Positions 26,363 through 36,679 of a DNA stretch of 64,000 nucleotides are shown one piece after another (position 1 is the first letter of the stretch; each line of letters opens with the position of its first letter). The notes beneath the pieces were generated by a model. The model worked only from the letters and a program-made list of their open reading frames with translations. It searched no databases and was not told the origin of the DNA. Origin of the DNA: an uncultured delta proteobacterium (GTDB taxonomy: Bacteria > Chloroflexota > Dehalococcoidia > Dehalococcoidales > BS750m-G39); NCBI GenBank assembly GCA_963739245.1, contig CAVTZP010000007.1, forward strand, positions 26,927 to 90,926, given 5' to 3'. The position numbers and the translations under genes are program-made.

Positions 26363-27658
26363 ATGACGCAACTGGAGCTGGCGAGGCAGGGAACTATCTC
26401 CCCCCAGATAAGCCTGGTAGCCAAGAATGAAGGGGTTGAGGCAGAGTTTATTCGTCAGGGTGTAGCCGAAGGGACGATAGTTATCCCAGCTAATACTAAC
26501 CACAAAAACCTCGTTCCTTGCGGCATAGGGCGGGGGCTTAAGACCAAGGTCAACGCCAATATCGGCACCTCCTCCGATTTTGGCAATATAGATACCGAAC
26601 TGGAGAAGCTCAAGGTAGCTACTAGCTGTGGCGCCGACACGGTTATGGACCTATCAACCAGCGGCGATATACGAGCGATTCGGCGGGCGATTATTACCTC
26701 AAGTCCCCTGCCCATAGGAACCGTCCCTATCTACCAGGCAGGGATTGAAGCCGTAGCTAGATACGGCGCCATAGTCAAAATGAACGCCGATGACCTATTC
26801 TCAACGATTGAGGAGCATGCCCGGGATGGCGTTGATTTTATGACTGTGCATTGTGGTGTCACCCAATCAGCCATTGTCCGGCTCAAGAAACAAGGGAGGG
26901 TGGCTGATGTGGTATCACGGGGTGGAGCCTTTCTCATCGGCTGGATGCTCCACAATGAGCGGGAAAACCCCCTTTACGAATACTATGACCGCCTGCTGGG
27001 GATAGCCAGGCAGTTTGATGTTACCCTAAGCCTTGGTGACGGCATGCGTCCCGGTTGCTTAGCTGACGCTACCGACCGGGCGCAGGTGGAGGAGCTACTT
27101 GTTATCGGCGAGCTGGTAGAACGAGCTCGGCAAGCCGGGGTCCAGACAATGGTTGAGGGTCCAGGGCATTTGCCCTTAAATCAGATTGAGGCTAATGTCC
27201 GATTGGAGAAGGCTATCTGCAAGGGAGCCCCATTCTACGTCTTAGGTCCGCTGGTAACCGATATTGCTGCTGGCTATGACCACATCACTGGAGCGATAGG
27301 TGGGGCTATCGCGGCCGCTAGTGGCGCCGATTTTCTGTGCTATGTAACACCAGCCGAGCACCTATCGCTACCTGACCCCGAGGATGTAAAGCAAGGGGTT
27401 ATCGCCTCGCGAATTGCCGCCCATGCCGCCGACATCGTTAAGGGGGTAAAGGGTGCTCAGGAATGGGACCTAAAGATATCCAAGGCGCGGAAGAAACTTG
27501 ACTGGGAGGAGCAAGCCAGGCTTTCCTTAGACCCCGAGCGCTCGCGCCTGGTTCACAGTAAACATGCTTCATCCGGAGTTGCCTGCAGTATGTGCGGGAA
27601 GTTTTGTGCCATGGAGTTAGTAGAAAAGTATTTAGGTATCTCGGCAATCAAGTGCTAG
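26363..27658 (+). CDS. thiC: phosphomethylpyrimidine synthase
   Basis: Preferred ATG at 26363 ([10 protein letters not shown], with GGAGG upstream). The track TTG start at 26348 lies in the terminator U-tract. ThiC C-terminal CSMCGKFC motif is present. Confidence 0.9.
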   Translation: MTQLELARQGTISPQISLVAKNEGVEAEFIRQGVAEGTIVIPANTNHKNLVPCGIGRGLKTKVNANIGTSSDFGNIDTELEKLKVATSCGADTVMDLSTSGDIRAIRRAIITSSPLPIGTVPIYQAGIEAVARYGAIVKMNADDLFSTIEEHARDGVDFMTVHCGVTQSAIVRLKKQGRVADVVSRGGAFLIGWMLHNERENPLYEYYDRLLGIARQFDVTLSLGDGMRPGCLADATDRAQVEELLVIGELVERARQAGVQTMVEGPGHLPLNQIEANVRLEKAICKGAPFYVLGPLVTDIAAGYDHITGAIGGAIAAASGADFLCYVTPAEHLSLPDPEDVKQGVIASRIAAHAADIVKGVKGAQEWDLKISKARKKLDWEEQARLSLDPERSRLVHSKHASSGVACSMCGKFCAMELVEKYLGISAIKC

Positions 27659-27676
27659 CTATAAAGGAGGAACAGG

Positions 27677-28471
27677 ATGACGCTATTCCATCCAGTAAGA
27701 GAAAGGGAAGTAACCAAGGCTATTGTCAGCAGCTTCCTACACCAGCTTGAGGAGTATATTGCTAGCGATGTCATTATTGTTGGTGGCGGTCCCAGCGGGC
27801 TGGTAGCGGGGAGGGAACTGAGGAAGGCTGGGCTCAAGGTCCTAATTATTGAGCGGAACAACTACCTGGGAGGCGGTTTCTGGATTGGCGGCTATTTTAT
27901 GAATAAACTCACCCTGAGGGCACCAGCCCAAGAGATGCTTGATGAGCTTGGTGTGCCCTACTCCACCGCCAGTGAAGGTCTATATGTCACTGATGCCCCT
28001 CATGCCTGCTCCAGGCTCATTGCTGCTACCTGTGACAGCGGGGTTAAGTTTCTCAACCTGACCATAGTTGAAGACATAATAGTCCGTGATGATAATAGAG
28101 TCGCCGGGGTAGTGGTTAACTGGAGCCCTATAATTCATCTCCCTAAAGAGGTCGCCGCACTAGACCCAATACCCCTGGAAGCAAAGGTGGTGATTGATGC
28201 TACCGGTCATGATGCCAGCGTGGCTAAGAAACTGGTCCAGCGCGGTATGCTCAAGATGGCTGGCGAAGGAGCACTGTGGATTAATAAATCAGAGGACGCA
28301 GTAGTTGAGTACACTAGCGAGGTCTATCCCGGCTTAATCGCCACCGGCATGGCGGTGGCCAGTATTTTCGGGCTACCCCGCATGGGGCCAACCTTTGGCG
28401 GCATGCTCCTCTCAGGGAAACGAGCCGCTGAGGTGGCGATAAAGATTGTGCCAAGGTCAGCTGTTCCCTAA
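27677..28471 (+). CDS. thi4: Thi4-family thiazole synthase (archaeal-type, non-Cys active site)
   Basis: 264 aa with FAD/NAD motif VIIVGGGPSGL and the active-site stretch VIDATGHDASV. Confidence 0.8.
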   Translation: MTLFHPVREREVTKAIVSSFLHQLEEYIASDVIIVGGGPSGLVAGRELRKAGLKVLIIERNNYLGGGFWIGGYFMNKLTLRAPAQEMLDELGVPYSTASEGLYVTDAPHACSRLIAATCDSGVKFLNLTIVEDIIVRDDNRVAGVVVNWSPIIHLPKEVAALDPIPLEAKVVIDATGHDASVAKKLVQRGMLKMAGEGALWINKSEDAVVEYTSEVYPGLIATGMAVASIFGLPRMGPTFGGMLLSGKRAAEVAIKIVPRSAVP

Positions 28472-28501
28472 TATTTAAATGATATTAAGAGGTAATCAAA
28501 A

Positions 28502-29662
28502 GTGGGTGGTTTTAATCTAGGTAAGATATTTGGCATCCAGGTGAGGTTACACTATAGCTGGTTTATTATTTTCATATTGATAACGTGGGGGTTGGTCGCC
28601 AGCTATTTCCCGGCCACACATCCAACCTGGAGTCTAACCACAAAGATAGCTGCTGGCATCATAACTAGTCTCCTGTTCTTTGCCTCAGTGCTCGCCCACG
28701 AGTTAGCTCACAGCCTCGTGGGTAGGGCTAATGGCGTCCCAGTAAAAAGTATAACCCTGCTTATCTTCGGTGGAGTGGCTGAGATGACCAAGGAGGTAAC
28801 CAAAGCCAGCGCCGAGCTGAAAATGGCTATTGCTGGCCCTGCCTGCAGTCTGGCAATCGGTGGCTTATTTGGCCTGATTTGGTTTCTAACTCGGAATACA
28901 CTTGAGCCGCTAGCGGCTATGTCTTATTATCTAGCTTTTATAAATGTGGTGCTGGCAGTATTCAATATGATACCCGGTTTCCCTCTAGATGGTGGGCGGG
29001 TGTTTCGTTCCATCCTTTGGCGAGCTACCGGTAATTATGGCCGCGCCAGCCGCATTGCCGCACAGCTGGGGCGGGGCATAGCCTACGCCTTTATCCTGGG
29101 CGGCATTTTAATAATCTTCTTGCGCCCATTTGGTGCTTCGTCTTGGTTTAATGGTCTGTGGCTGGCATTTATCGGCTGGTTTCTGAATAATGCTGCCTCA
29201 GCCAGCTACCGTCAGGTTCAATGGCGTGAAGCCCTGCATGGGCTCACCGCATCACAAATGATGACCTCCGACTACATTATAGTTCCACCAAGTATCACCA
29301 TTAACCAGCTGGTTCAAGAGCATGTCATACCTAAAGGGCACCACCTTTTCCTGGTAACTGAAGAGGACAGGTTTAAGGGAATTGTGACACTGCAAAATAT
29401 CAAGCCCATTCCTCAGTCAAAGTGGGATACGACCCAGGTCGAGAAGATAATGGTCCCCGCTGACCGGTTGAAGGTAGCCAGTCCTGACCTAGATGGCCTG
29501 AGCGTGGTTGAGCGGATGGATGAGAATGGGATAAACCAGATGCCGGTAGTAAGCGAAGGTAGGGTTATCGGGCTGGTTACCCGGGATAACCTATTGAGAT
29601 TTTTCCGCACTCGGGCTGAGCTGGGGATAAAGGGCATTTCTCACCCCCGGAGGCAAAGATGA
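28502..29662 (+). CDS. site-2 protease family (M50) zinc metalloprotease with CBS pair
   Basis: 386 aa, GTG start. It has HELAHSL, NMIPGFPLDGGRV, multiple TM helices and a C-terminal CBS-like pair. Confidence 0.8.
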   Translation: MGGFNLGKIFGIQVRLHYSWFIIFILITWGLVASYFPATHPTWSLTTKIAAGIITSLLFFASVLAHELAHSLVGRANGVPVKSITLLIFGGVAEMTKEVTKASAELKMAIAGPACSLAIGGLFGLIWFLTRNTLEPLAAMSYYLAFINVVLAVFNMIPGFPLDGGRVFRSILWRATGNYGRASRIAAQLGRGIAYAFILGGILIIFLRPFGASSWFNGLWLAFIGWFLNNAASASYRQVQWREALHGLTASQMMTSDYIIVPPSITINQLVQEHVIPKGHHLFLVTEEDRFKGIVTLQNIKPIPQSKWDTTQVEKIMVPADRLKVASPDLDGLSVVERMDENGINQMPVVSEGRVIGLVTRDNLLRFFRTRAELGIKGISHPRRQR

Positions 29663-30465
29663 ATAGTGGCAGTCAGCATCCAACCCTAGGCGAGACAGCC
29701 AGTGGTTTCCTGGCTAGCCTGTCAGCTAAAGAGGGGGAAAGAAGTCAGCAGGCAGTATATGGATTTGTTCGGTGGTATGGCTGGGAGCGCTCCTTCGCCG
29801 AACTCACTGCCCATGAGGTGGCTAATTACGCTGAGCAACTATCCCTGGCGCAGGCTAGTTACTCCCAGAACCTTGAGCTAGTACGAGCCTTTCTGGTTTA
29901 TGCCAAGAAGCAGGGCTGGAGCAAGACTAACCTAGCGGTCCACCTCAAAATCAAGAAGGTGAAAACAAGATTGCTCTCCCCGGCACGGCGGGATTTGCTA
30001 TCGGCTACTTCATTAACGCAACAGGGGTATGCTGAATTAGAGGCTGAGATCGCTGACCTTAAGAATAAACGCCTCCAGGTCATTGATGAGATGCGCAAGG
30101 CAGCGGCAGATAAGGACTTCCGTGAGAATGCGCCCCTGGACGCAGCCAGAGAGCAACGAGGACATCTGGAGGGGCGGATTATAGAGCTGGAGGAAACACT
30201 GAAATCAGCAACCATCATTGATAAGACAAAAAAGCTTGGCCTTAAGGTAACTATCGGGGACAGTATTGTCCTGAGTGACATAGTTTCTGGTGAGGAGCTA
30301 TGCTACACCATAGTCAGTTCCAGGGAAGTAGACCCGACCAAGGGTAGGATTTCAAGCAATTCACCCACCGGTAAGGCGTTATTGGGGCGAGTCCAGGGGG
30401 AAATAGTGGAGATAACGGCACCACTGGGCAGGCTTAAATATCAGATTAAGCAGATTGAGCGGTAA
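29659..30465 (+). CDS. greA: GreA-family transcript cleavage factor with a ~115-aa N-terminal extension
   Basis: 268 aa. Residues ~116-268 form a canonical GreA coiled-coil plus globular domain (DFRENAPLDAAREQ, GRISSNSPTGKALLG). The N-terminal extension resembles an integrase SAM-like/core-binding helical domain. Confidence 0.7.
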   Translation: MNSGSQHPTLGETASGFLASLSAKEGERSQQAVYGFVRWYGWERSFAELTAHEVANYAEQLSLAQASYSQNLELVRAFLVYAKKQGWSKTNLAVHLKIKKVKTRLLSPARRDLLSATSLTQQGYAELEAEIADLKNKRLQVIDEMRKAAADKDFRENAPLDAAREQRGHLEGRIIELEETLKSATIIDKTKKLGLKVTIGDSIVLSDIVSGEELCYTIVSSREVDPTKGRISSNSPTGKALLGRVQGEIVEITAPLGRLKYQIKQIER

Positions 30466-30495
30466 ATAATTAAAAGCATCGTCTCACACTATAAA

Positions 30496-30573
30496 TGGTC
30501 GGGGTGAGTGGATTTGAACCACCGACCTCAGCGTCCCAAACGCTGCGCGCTAAACCAACTGCGCTACACCCCG
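30496..30573 (-). tRNA. tRNA-Pro (anticodon TGG), CCA encoded
   Basis: Manual fold: acceptor CGGGGTG/CACCCCG, anticodon stem CAGCG/CGCTG with loop TTTGGGA, T-loop TTCAAAT, 3' ACCA. Confidence 0.85.
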
Positions 30574-30617
30574 CAAGGGGGAGTATAACAAAGCACCAGC
30601 CTTAGGTCAAACGGGGG

Positions 30618-31352
30618 CTAATCTCGGCAGTCAGGGCAGTTATCAAATGCGCTGGGGGCTAAGTTTACCTTTTTAATTATATAGTCTAGCTGTTTTTCTG
30701 GAGCCCAGAACTTGCCACAGGTTTTACACTTCTTTAGCTTGAACTCCATACCATTGCTTGGCCACTGAATGCGTCTTGTATCACCCACATCCTCAAACCC
30801 TATCGCTGCGGTAGGGCAGACATAGGCACAAGAACCACAGCCGATGCAGACATCCGAAGGCTGGTAAAAGGGGGTAGCCATCTCCCGACCAGTACCCCGC
30901 CCCACCAGGCTGATTGCTGAGACACCGACAACCTCCTGACATACCCGAACGCATAGAGCGCATAAAATGCAGTGATTATCCTCAAGCTTAAAGCCTGTCC
31001 CATCAACACCGAGCTTATGAGCCAAATCCTGCACTGCTTTATTATTAGGACACCGGGCGAGCAGTAGCTCCATAAGCATTCTACGGTTGCTGGCGATTCT
31101 CTCCGAGCTGGTCTTTACCTGAAGCCCTTCTTCCGCCTCATAAAGGCAAGATGCTACCAGTCTTTCCCTCTTACCCTTGGTAATCTCAACCAGACACAGG
31201 CGGCAGGCACCATAGGGTTTAACCGCCTCGCTAAAACATAAAGTCGGTATATAAATATTGTTATCTTGAGCCACCTCCAGTATGGTTGCTCCCTCTTTTG
31301 CTTGAACCTGTCGGCCATCAATCGTCAGTGTAATCATTTCTCCCGCCTTCAT
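30618..31352 (-). CDS. NuoG/HndD N-terminal-type Fe-S protein ([2Fe-2S] + [4Fe-4S] clusters) lacking any catalytic domain
   Basis: 244 aa. It has 2Fe-2S motif CRLCLVEI, then a bacterial-ferredoxin 2x[4Fe-4S] domain ([23 protein letters not shown]), and a C-terminal CKTCG...CPDC ribbon-like motif. Confidence 0.7.
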   Translation of the reverse strand: MKAGEMITLTIDGRQVQAKEGATILEVAQDNNIYIPTLCFSEAVKPYGACRLCLVEITKGKRERLVASCLYEAEEGLQVKTSSERIASNRRMLMELLLARCPNNKAVQDLAHKLGVDGTGFKLEDNHCILCALCVRVCQEVVGVSAISLVGRGTGREMATPFYQPSDVCIGCGSCAYVCPTAAIGFEDVGDTRRIQWPSNGMEFKLKKCKTCGKFWAPEKQLDYIIKKVNLAPSAFDNCPDCRD

Positions 31353-32821
31353 TTCCTTATCACCGCATCAAGCTTGCAGACGTCGTAGCAAGAGCCGCAC
31401 TTTATGCACTTCTTCTGGTCCAAGACCACCGGCTTCTTCTTCCCCATAAAGGTTATTGCCTCCACCGGGCAGGCTTTGACACACTGCCCGCAACCGGGGC
31501 ATTTCGCCTCATCAATGAGATAGGTGACCAGCTCCTTGCAGACGCCGGCGGGGCATCGCTTATCTTTAATGTGGGCTTCATACTCGTCCCTAAAATAGCG
31601 TAGCGTGGTTAATACCGGATTAGGCGCGGTGCTGCCCAAGGCACACAGCGAACTATCAATAAGCGTGGCCGACAGCCGCTCCAGTAAGCCAATATCGCCG
31701 TCTTTACCTTTACCCTGAGTGATGTCAGTTAATATCTGGCCCATCCTTTTTAATCCCTCGCGGCAGGGAACACACTTGCCACATGACTCACCCTCAAGGA
31801 AACTAACAAAGTATTTGGCGATATCCACCATACAGGTATCCTCATCCATAACAATCATCCCACCCGACCCCATCATCGAGCCAGCCTTGGTAAGCTGGTC
31901 AAAGTCTACCGGCAGGTTAAGCATACCCTCGGGGATACAACCGCCGGAGGGGCCACCAGTCTGCACCGCCTTGAACTTCCTCCCCTCGGGAATACCACCG
32001 CCAATATCGTAGATAATCTCCCTCAAGCTTATCCCCATCGGGACTTCCACCAGACCAGTGTTATTTATCTTACCCACCAGTGAGAAAATCTTGGTTCCTT
32101 TGCTGCCATCAGTGCCTATCTTTGAATACCAGCCAGCCCCTCGGTTGATTATCAGCGGGACATTGGCCCAGGTCTCCACATTGTTAAGATTAGTCGGCTT
32201 ATCCCATAAGCCCTTCTCCGAGGTGTGGACATACTTTGCCCGGGGCTCACCCACCTCACCTTCCAGCGAAGCCATCAGTGCCGTTGACTCCCCGCAGACA
32301 AAAGCCCCCCCTCCCCTACTTATCTTGATGCTGAAGTCAAACCCAGAACCCAGGATGTTCTTCCCCAGAAGCCCATACTCCTCAGCCTGTTTAATAGCTA
32401 TCTGGGCATTTCTTACTGCCAATGGGTATTCATTGCGAATATAGATATAGCCTTCGTGACCTCCAATAGCATAGGCACCAATTATCATCCCCTCCAGAAC
32501 ACTATGGGGATTACCCTCCATAAGGCTTCTGTCCATAAAGGCACCAGGGTCTCCCTCGTCACAATTGCAGATGATGTACTTGGTGTCGCCATATGCCCGG
32601 CGGCAGGTTTCCCACTTGGCGCCGGTGGGGAATCCCCCACCACCCCGACCCCGCAAGCCCGATTTCTTGACCTCCTCAATTATTCCCTCTGGCGGCATCT
32701 TAAAAAGGGCTTTACTCAAGGCGGCATAGCCACCCAGAGCCAGGTAGTCCTCAATTACGGTGGGGTCAATATTGCTATTGTCGCCAAGGAGAAGGCGCTT
32801 CTGTTTTTTATAGAATGGCAC
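31349..32821 (-). CDS. NuoF/HndC-like NAD(P)H-binding FMN Fe-S flavoprotein
   Basis: 490 aa with [23 protein letters not shown] and the SLBB/[4Fe-4S] region [12 protein letters not shown]. It carries an extra C-terminal 2x[4Fe-4S] ferredoxin domain. Confidence 0.85.
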   Translation of the reverse strand: MPFYKKQKRLLLGDNSNIDPTVIEDYLALGGYAALSKALFKMPPEGIIEEVKKSGLRGRGGGGFPTGAKWETCRRAYGDTKYIICNCDEGDPGAFMDRSLMEGNPHSVLEGMIIGAYAIGGHEGYIYIRNEYPLAVRNAQIAIKQAEEYGLLGKNILGSGFDFSIKISRGGGAFVCGESTALMASLEGEVGEPRAKYVHTSEKGLWDKPTNLNNVETWANVPLIINRGAGWYSKIGTDGSKGTKIFSLVGKINNTGLVEVPMGISLREIIYDIGGGIPEGRKFKAVQTGGPSGGCIPEGMLNLPVDFDQLTKAGSMMGSGGMIVMDEDTCMVDIAKYFVSFLEGESCGKCVPCREGLKRMGQILTDITQGKGKDGDIGLLERLSATLIDSSLCALGSTAPNPVLTTLRYFRDEYEAHIKDKRCPAGVCKELVTYLIDEAKCPGCGQCVKACPVEAITFMGKKKPVVLDQKKCIKCGSCYDVCKLDAVIRK

Positions 32822-33221
32822 TTCGGGTTCGTGGGTTACTTTCTCGCCGGTATCTCAGGTCAATGTAGAGTAATCTGTCAACAATATTGCCCTTAATCGT
32901 CGCCGAGACTATTTCGGGAACATCCTCACCTCTCACCTGCTGGTAAAGGATGTTTTCTGGCTTAATTACCACCAAGGTGCCTCTCTCGCAGAAGCCGGGG
33001 CAGCCGGTTACCCTGAGGCTTACCTTGCTCTGCAGCCCACGCTCTCGTAATTCTCGTTTGAAACCAGCGATAACATCCTCTGCCCCCAGCGCCAGGCAGC
33101 CAGTGCCACCACAGACAACGATGCAAGTCCTATCGGGGTCTCTGCTTTCGACTATTGATTGTCTCAACGCTTCCAGCTCATCGGGAGAGTTTAGCCTATT
33201 TACTATTGATTTCTTTTTCAT
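32808..33221 (-). CDS. HndB-like thioredoxin-fold [2Fe-2S] ferredoxin
   Basis: 137 aa with VVCGGTGC...GCPGFCE motifs. Confidence 0.65.
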   Translation of the reverse strand: MKKKSIVNRLNSPDELEALRQSIVESRDPDRTCIVVCGGTGCLALGAEDVIAGFKRELRERGLQSKVSLRVTGCPGFCERGTLVVIKPENILYQQVRGEDVPEIVSATIKGNIVDRLLYIDLRYRRESNPRTRSAIL

Positions 33222-33223
33222 AG

Positions 33224-33718
33224 TTACTTGTAGCTTCCCAATAAAGGTTTGACCTTATCGGTCTTCATCTGCCCTGAGTATTTCTCATCAACGATGACTA
33301 TAGGGCCCAGGGCACAGGCACCAACGCAGTTAACCGTCTCCAGGGTGTATCTAAGGTCTTTAGTCGTCTCGCCACGACTGATTGCTAACTCCCGCTCAAT
33401 CTCATCCAGGACTCTAACCGCACCCCTAACATGGCAGGCAGTACCGAGACAGACGTTAATTAGGTGACGTCCCCTCGGTTTTAGGCTGAACGCCCTGAAG
33501 AAGGTGGCGACACTATAGACCTGGGTCAGCGGGATATCTAAGCCCTGACTAACCTGTGTCAGGGCTTCACTAGGCAGATAATTATACTCCGACTGGATAT
33601 CCTGCAGGATGGATACCAACATACCACGGTCACGCTGGTGACCATCCAGTACTGATTCTACTTTCTTTTTTGTTGGCTTATCCTTGAACTTCGTGCGCTC
33701 TTTCCTTGAGCTTGGCAT
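33224..33718 (-). CDS. NuoE/HndA-like [2Fe-2S] subunit
   Basis: 164 aa with CLGTACHVRG...CVGACALGP motifs. The start overlaps the upstream beta-subunit gene by 41 nt. Confidence 0.8.
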   Translation of the reverse strand: MPSSRKERTKFKDKPTKKKVESVLDGHQRDRGMLVSILQDIQSEYNYLPSEALTQVSQGLDIPLTQVYSVATFFRAFSLKPRGRHLINVCLGTACHVRGAVRVLDEIERELAISRGETTKDLRYTLETVNCVGACALGPIVIVDEKYSGQMKTDKVKPLLGSYK

Positions 33719-34613
33719 ATTCTTTCTCCACTCTATATTGAATCTGCTTTACCGTTTCCTCAGATAGGTGCCGGAACCTACCCTGCAGCTTCATGTAATC
33801 AGCCAGCGGTCTAAGCTTGGGGAAATCAACGCTTAGCTTATACGTGCCATTCTCCACTTCATACAGCGGGAACATCCCCGTCTCCACCGCCAGACGACCT
33901 ACCCTGATGCTTAAATCAGTGGCACACCTCCAGCCGGTGGGGCAAACCGACAGGATATGAATATAGGCTGGACCCTGGATTGCCGCCCCCTTCTCCACCT
34001 TAGCTATCAGGTCAAAGGGATAGCTGGGGCAGGCAGTAGCCACATAGGGGATATCATGGGCGGCAGCAATCGCCGGCATATTCTTCTTCCAGGTAACCTG
34101 CCCGATGCTCACCTTGCCCGCAGGGGAGGTGGTAGTGGCAGCGCCAAAGGGGGTGGCTGAAGAGCGCTGTACCCCGGTGTTCATATAGGCTTCATTGTCA
34201 AAGCAAATATAAAGGAAGTTATGCCCCCGCTCCAGGGCTCCGGAGAGCGCCTGGATTCCAATATCACTGGTGCCACCATCCCCAGCCATGGCTACCACCT
34301 TAATATCCTTTTTAGCGATTCTGCCCTTCTTCATCAGCATCCCCAGCCCTGACTCTATGCCTGAAGCCACGGCGGCAGTATTCTCAAACAGGGTATGAAT
34401 CCAGGGAACGCGCCAGGAGGTATAAGGTAGCGGTGAGGAAACTATCTCCATACAACCGGTGGCGTTGGCGATTATTATGTTCTGTCCCAGTGCCTTACAG
34501 GCAAGCCTCACCGCTAGAGCCTCGCCACAGCCGATACAAGCCCGATGACCGGGGGCAAAGTTCTCCTTTTTGGTTACTAATCTGGGAACATAGATACTGT
34601 AATTCTCCATCAC
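33678..34613 (-). CDS. 2-oxoacid:ferredoxin oxidoreductase beta subunit (TPP-binding)
   Basis: 311 aa with the N-terminal Cys motif CIGCGE and TPP motif GDGGTSDIG. Confidence 0.85.
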   Translation of the reverse strand: MMENYSIYVPRLVTKKENFAPGHRACIGCGEALAVRLACKALGQNIIIANATGCMEIVSSPLPYTSWRVPWIHTLFENTAAVASGIESGLGMLMKKGRIAKKDIKVVAMAGDGGTSDIGIQALSGALERGHNFLYICFDNEAYMNTGVQRSSATPFGAATTTSPAGKVSIGQVTWKKNMPAIAAAHDIPYVATACPSYPFDLIAKVEKGAAIQGPAYIHILSVCPTGWRCATDLSIRVGRLAVETGMFPLYEVENGTYKLSVDFPKLRPLADYMKLQGRFRHLSEETVKQIQYRVEKEYAKLKERAHEVQG

Positions 34614-35785
34614 TCCCTCACCCCAAATATCTCAAACTCGTTCTCACTTCCCTTCTGTGAGATTTCTATGCCTCGATTAATAATGCTCTCAAATCCAGCC
34701 AGGGTAATATCCCTGCCCCCCAACCCGCCGACAAAGCCGATAACCTTCGGTTTCTTGGCCTCACCATATAGGGCTGACCTGACCTCGGAGCAAACTGGAC
34801 CTCCAGGACCACCAAAGGAGAGCGCCCGGTCCAGAACGATGAGCACCTCAGCACCTTTTACCGCCTGGCGAAGTTCGTCAAAGGGGAAGGGGCGCCATAA
34901 GCGAAGCCTTACTAGGCCAACACTCTTACCCTCCCCCCTCATCTTATCTACGGTGGTCATTGCCGTTTCACTAAAGCTGCCCATGGTCAGTAGCAGCACC
35001 CTGGCATCCTCACTGTGGTAGTGTTCTACCGGAGAATAATATCGCCCAAAGAGATCGCCGAACTCCTTCCAGCACTGGAGAATCACCCCTTTAGCCGCTC
35101 TCAGATTTACCTCCTGCGCCCACTTTGCCTCTGAGTAGATAATTGGTGGGGCAAAATCCCCCATGGTCACCGGTTTATCCGGATGCAGGGGTAAAGGGTA
35201 CTGATTAGGCGGGATAAACTGGTCAACCTCACTCTGCTCAGGTAAAAGTATCGGCTCAATGACATGCGACAGGTGGAAGCCATCAAGGTGAACCATCACC
35301 GGAAGTAAAACCCTGCGGTCTTCAGCGATACGAAAGGCACAGAAAACATTGTCCACCACTTCCTGACCATTTTCAGTGAATATCTGAATCCAGCCAGTAT
35401 CACGAACTGCCATAACATCGGAGTGGTCGCCCCAGACGCTCAACGGAGCTGATAACGCCCGGTTAGCCACCGCCATAACTACTGGCAGTCTCATAGATGA
35501 GGCAACATACAAGACCTCATGCATTAGCTCCAGCCCCTGACCGGCGGTAGCGGTAAAGGTTCGAGCCCCAACTGCCGCTGACCCCAGGCAGGCACTCATT
35601 GCCGAATGCTCGGATTCAACTGGAATATAGGCGGCATCTAGTTCGCCGTTGGCGACCAGCTCAGCCAGATGCTCCACAATGTGGGTTTGGGGGGTGATGG
35701 GGTAGGCAGCGACAACATCAGCATTAGCCAGTTTAACTGCTTCGCCAATGGCTACTGACACCTCCATTCCCACTTTTCTTGCCAT
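34610..35785 (-). CDS. 2-oxoacid:ferredoxin oxidoreductase alpha subunit
   Basis: 391 aa with POR_N-type N-terminus AYPITPQT and downstream transketolase-like domain II. Confidence 0.85.
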   Translation of the reverse strand: MARKVGMEVSVAIGEAVKLANADVVAAYPITPQTHIVEHLAELVANGELDAAYIPVESEHSAMSACLGSAAVGARTFTATAGQGLELMHEVLYVASSMRLPVVMAVANRALSAPLSVWGDHSDVMAVRDTGWIQIFTENGQEVVDNVFCAFRIAEDRRVLLPVMVHLDGFHLSHVIEPILLPEQSEVDQFIPPNQYPLPLHPDKPVTMGDFAPPIIYSEAKWAQEVNLRAAKGVILQCWKEFGDLFGRYYSPVEHYHSEDARVLLLTMGSFSETAMTTVDKMRGEGKSVGLVRLRLWRPFPFDELRQAVKGAEVLIVLDRALSFGGPGGPVCSEVRSALYGEAKKPKVIGFVGGLGGRDITLAGFESIINRGIEISQKGSENEFEIFGVRE

Positions 35786-36087
35786 TATTCTTTCTCCTCA
35801 ACCATGGTTATCACCTGGGTCGGGCACTCCCGGGCGCAGATGCCACACCCCTTACAGTAAAACAGGTCAGCCTCAAAATATCCCTCAGCGTTCTGCCCAA
35901 TGCACCCCTCGGGGCAAAAGATGTAGCAAATGCCACACTTTATGCACTTACTAAAATCATAGGTCGGCCTCTGCGACCGCCAGTCGCCAGTCTGGTACTG
36001 GCTAGCGTTTCCCGGCTCGGTTACTACTGAGCCGATTTCCAGGTCTTTCCAAGTCAACTCACCTTCGGGCTTGGTCATCCCCCTCAC
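35785..36087 (-). CDS. 2-oxoacid:ferredoxin oxidoreductase delta subunit (2x[4Fe-4S])
   Basis: 100 aa with CIKCGICYIFCP and CKGCGICARECP. Confidence 0.85.
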   Translation of the reverse strand: MRGMTKPEGELTWKDLEIGSVVTEPGNASQYQTGDWRSQRPTYDFSKCIKCGICYIFCPEGCIGQNAEGYFEADLFYCKGCGICARECPTQVITMVEEKE

Positions 36088-36653
36088 TCCTTTACCATAG
36101 TCTCATCGTAGGCTCTCTGCATCGCCTTAATATTTTTTTCTGCCAGGCGGCCAAAACGCTGCTGCAGCGGTTCAATCACGGATTCCAGTTTAACCACCCC
36201 AGTGGCTCTAACCAAGGCACCAATCATGGTAGTATTGGTCACCGGAATCCCCAAGACCTCCCTAGCGATAGTGGTGGCGTCAACCTTTGCCAGCTTACAT
36301 TTAGCCTTGAACCGAGCTTCAATGTCGTCAAACGACCTTCTGGTATTAATCACCAGCATGCCGTTTGGCTTAAGCCCGGAGACGACATTGACAATACTAA
36401 GTAATCCGGGGTCAAGCACCACTACTACATCAGGCTGGGTTATCTCCGCCCTTATCTTGATAGGTTCCCGGCTACTTATCCTAACAAAAGCCAGTACTGG
36501 TGCTCCCCTCCTCTCCGGTCCAAAGCTGGGGAAGGCATGGGCATACCTATCTTCACTTATTGCCGCCTGTGCCACCAGCTCGGCAGAGGTAACCGCACCC
36601 TGCCCACCGCGGCCATGCCACCTGATTTCAACAAGCCGATTTTCTTCTACCAC
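36084..36653 (-). CDS. 2-oxoacid:ferredoxin oxidoreductase gamma subunit
   Basis: Start moved to the GTG at 36653, with AGGAGG 5 nt upstream, because the longer track ORF (to 36737) runs through tRNA-Arg. Contains HGRGGQG, the gamma-subunit motif. Confidence 0.8.
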   Translation of the reverse strand: MVEENRLVEIRWHGRGGQGAVTSAELVAQAAISEDRYAHAFPSFGPERRGAPVLAFVRISSREPIKIRAEITQPDVVVVLDPGLLSIVNVVSGLKPNGMLVINTRRSFDDIEARFKAKCKLAKVDATTIAREVLGIPVTNTTMIGALVRATGVVKLESVIEPLQQRFGRLAEKNIKAMQRAYDETMVKE

Positions 36654-36679
36654 CTTAGCCTCCTGGCTAATACAGCAAA

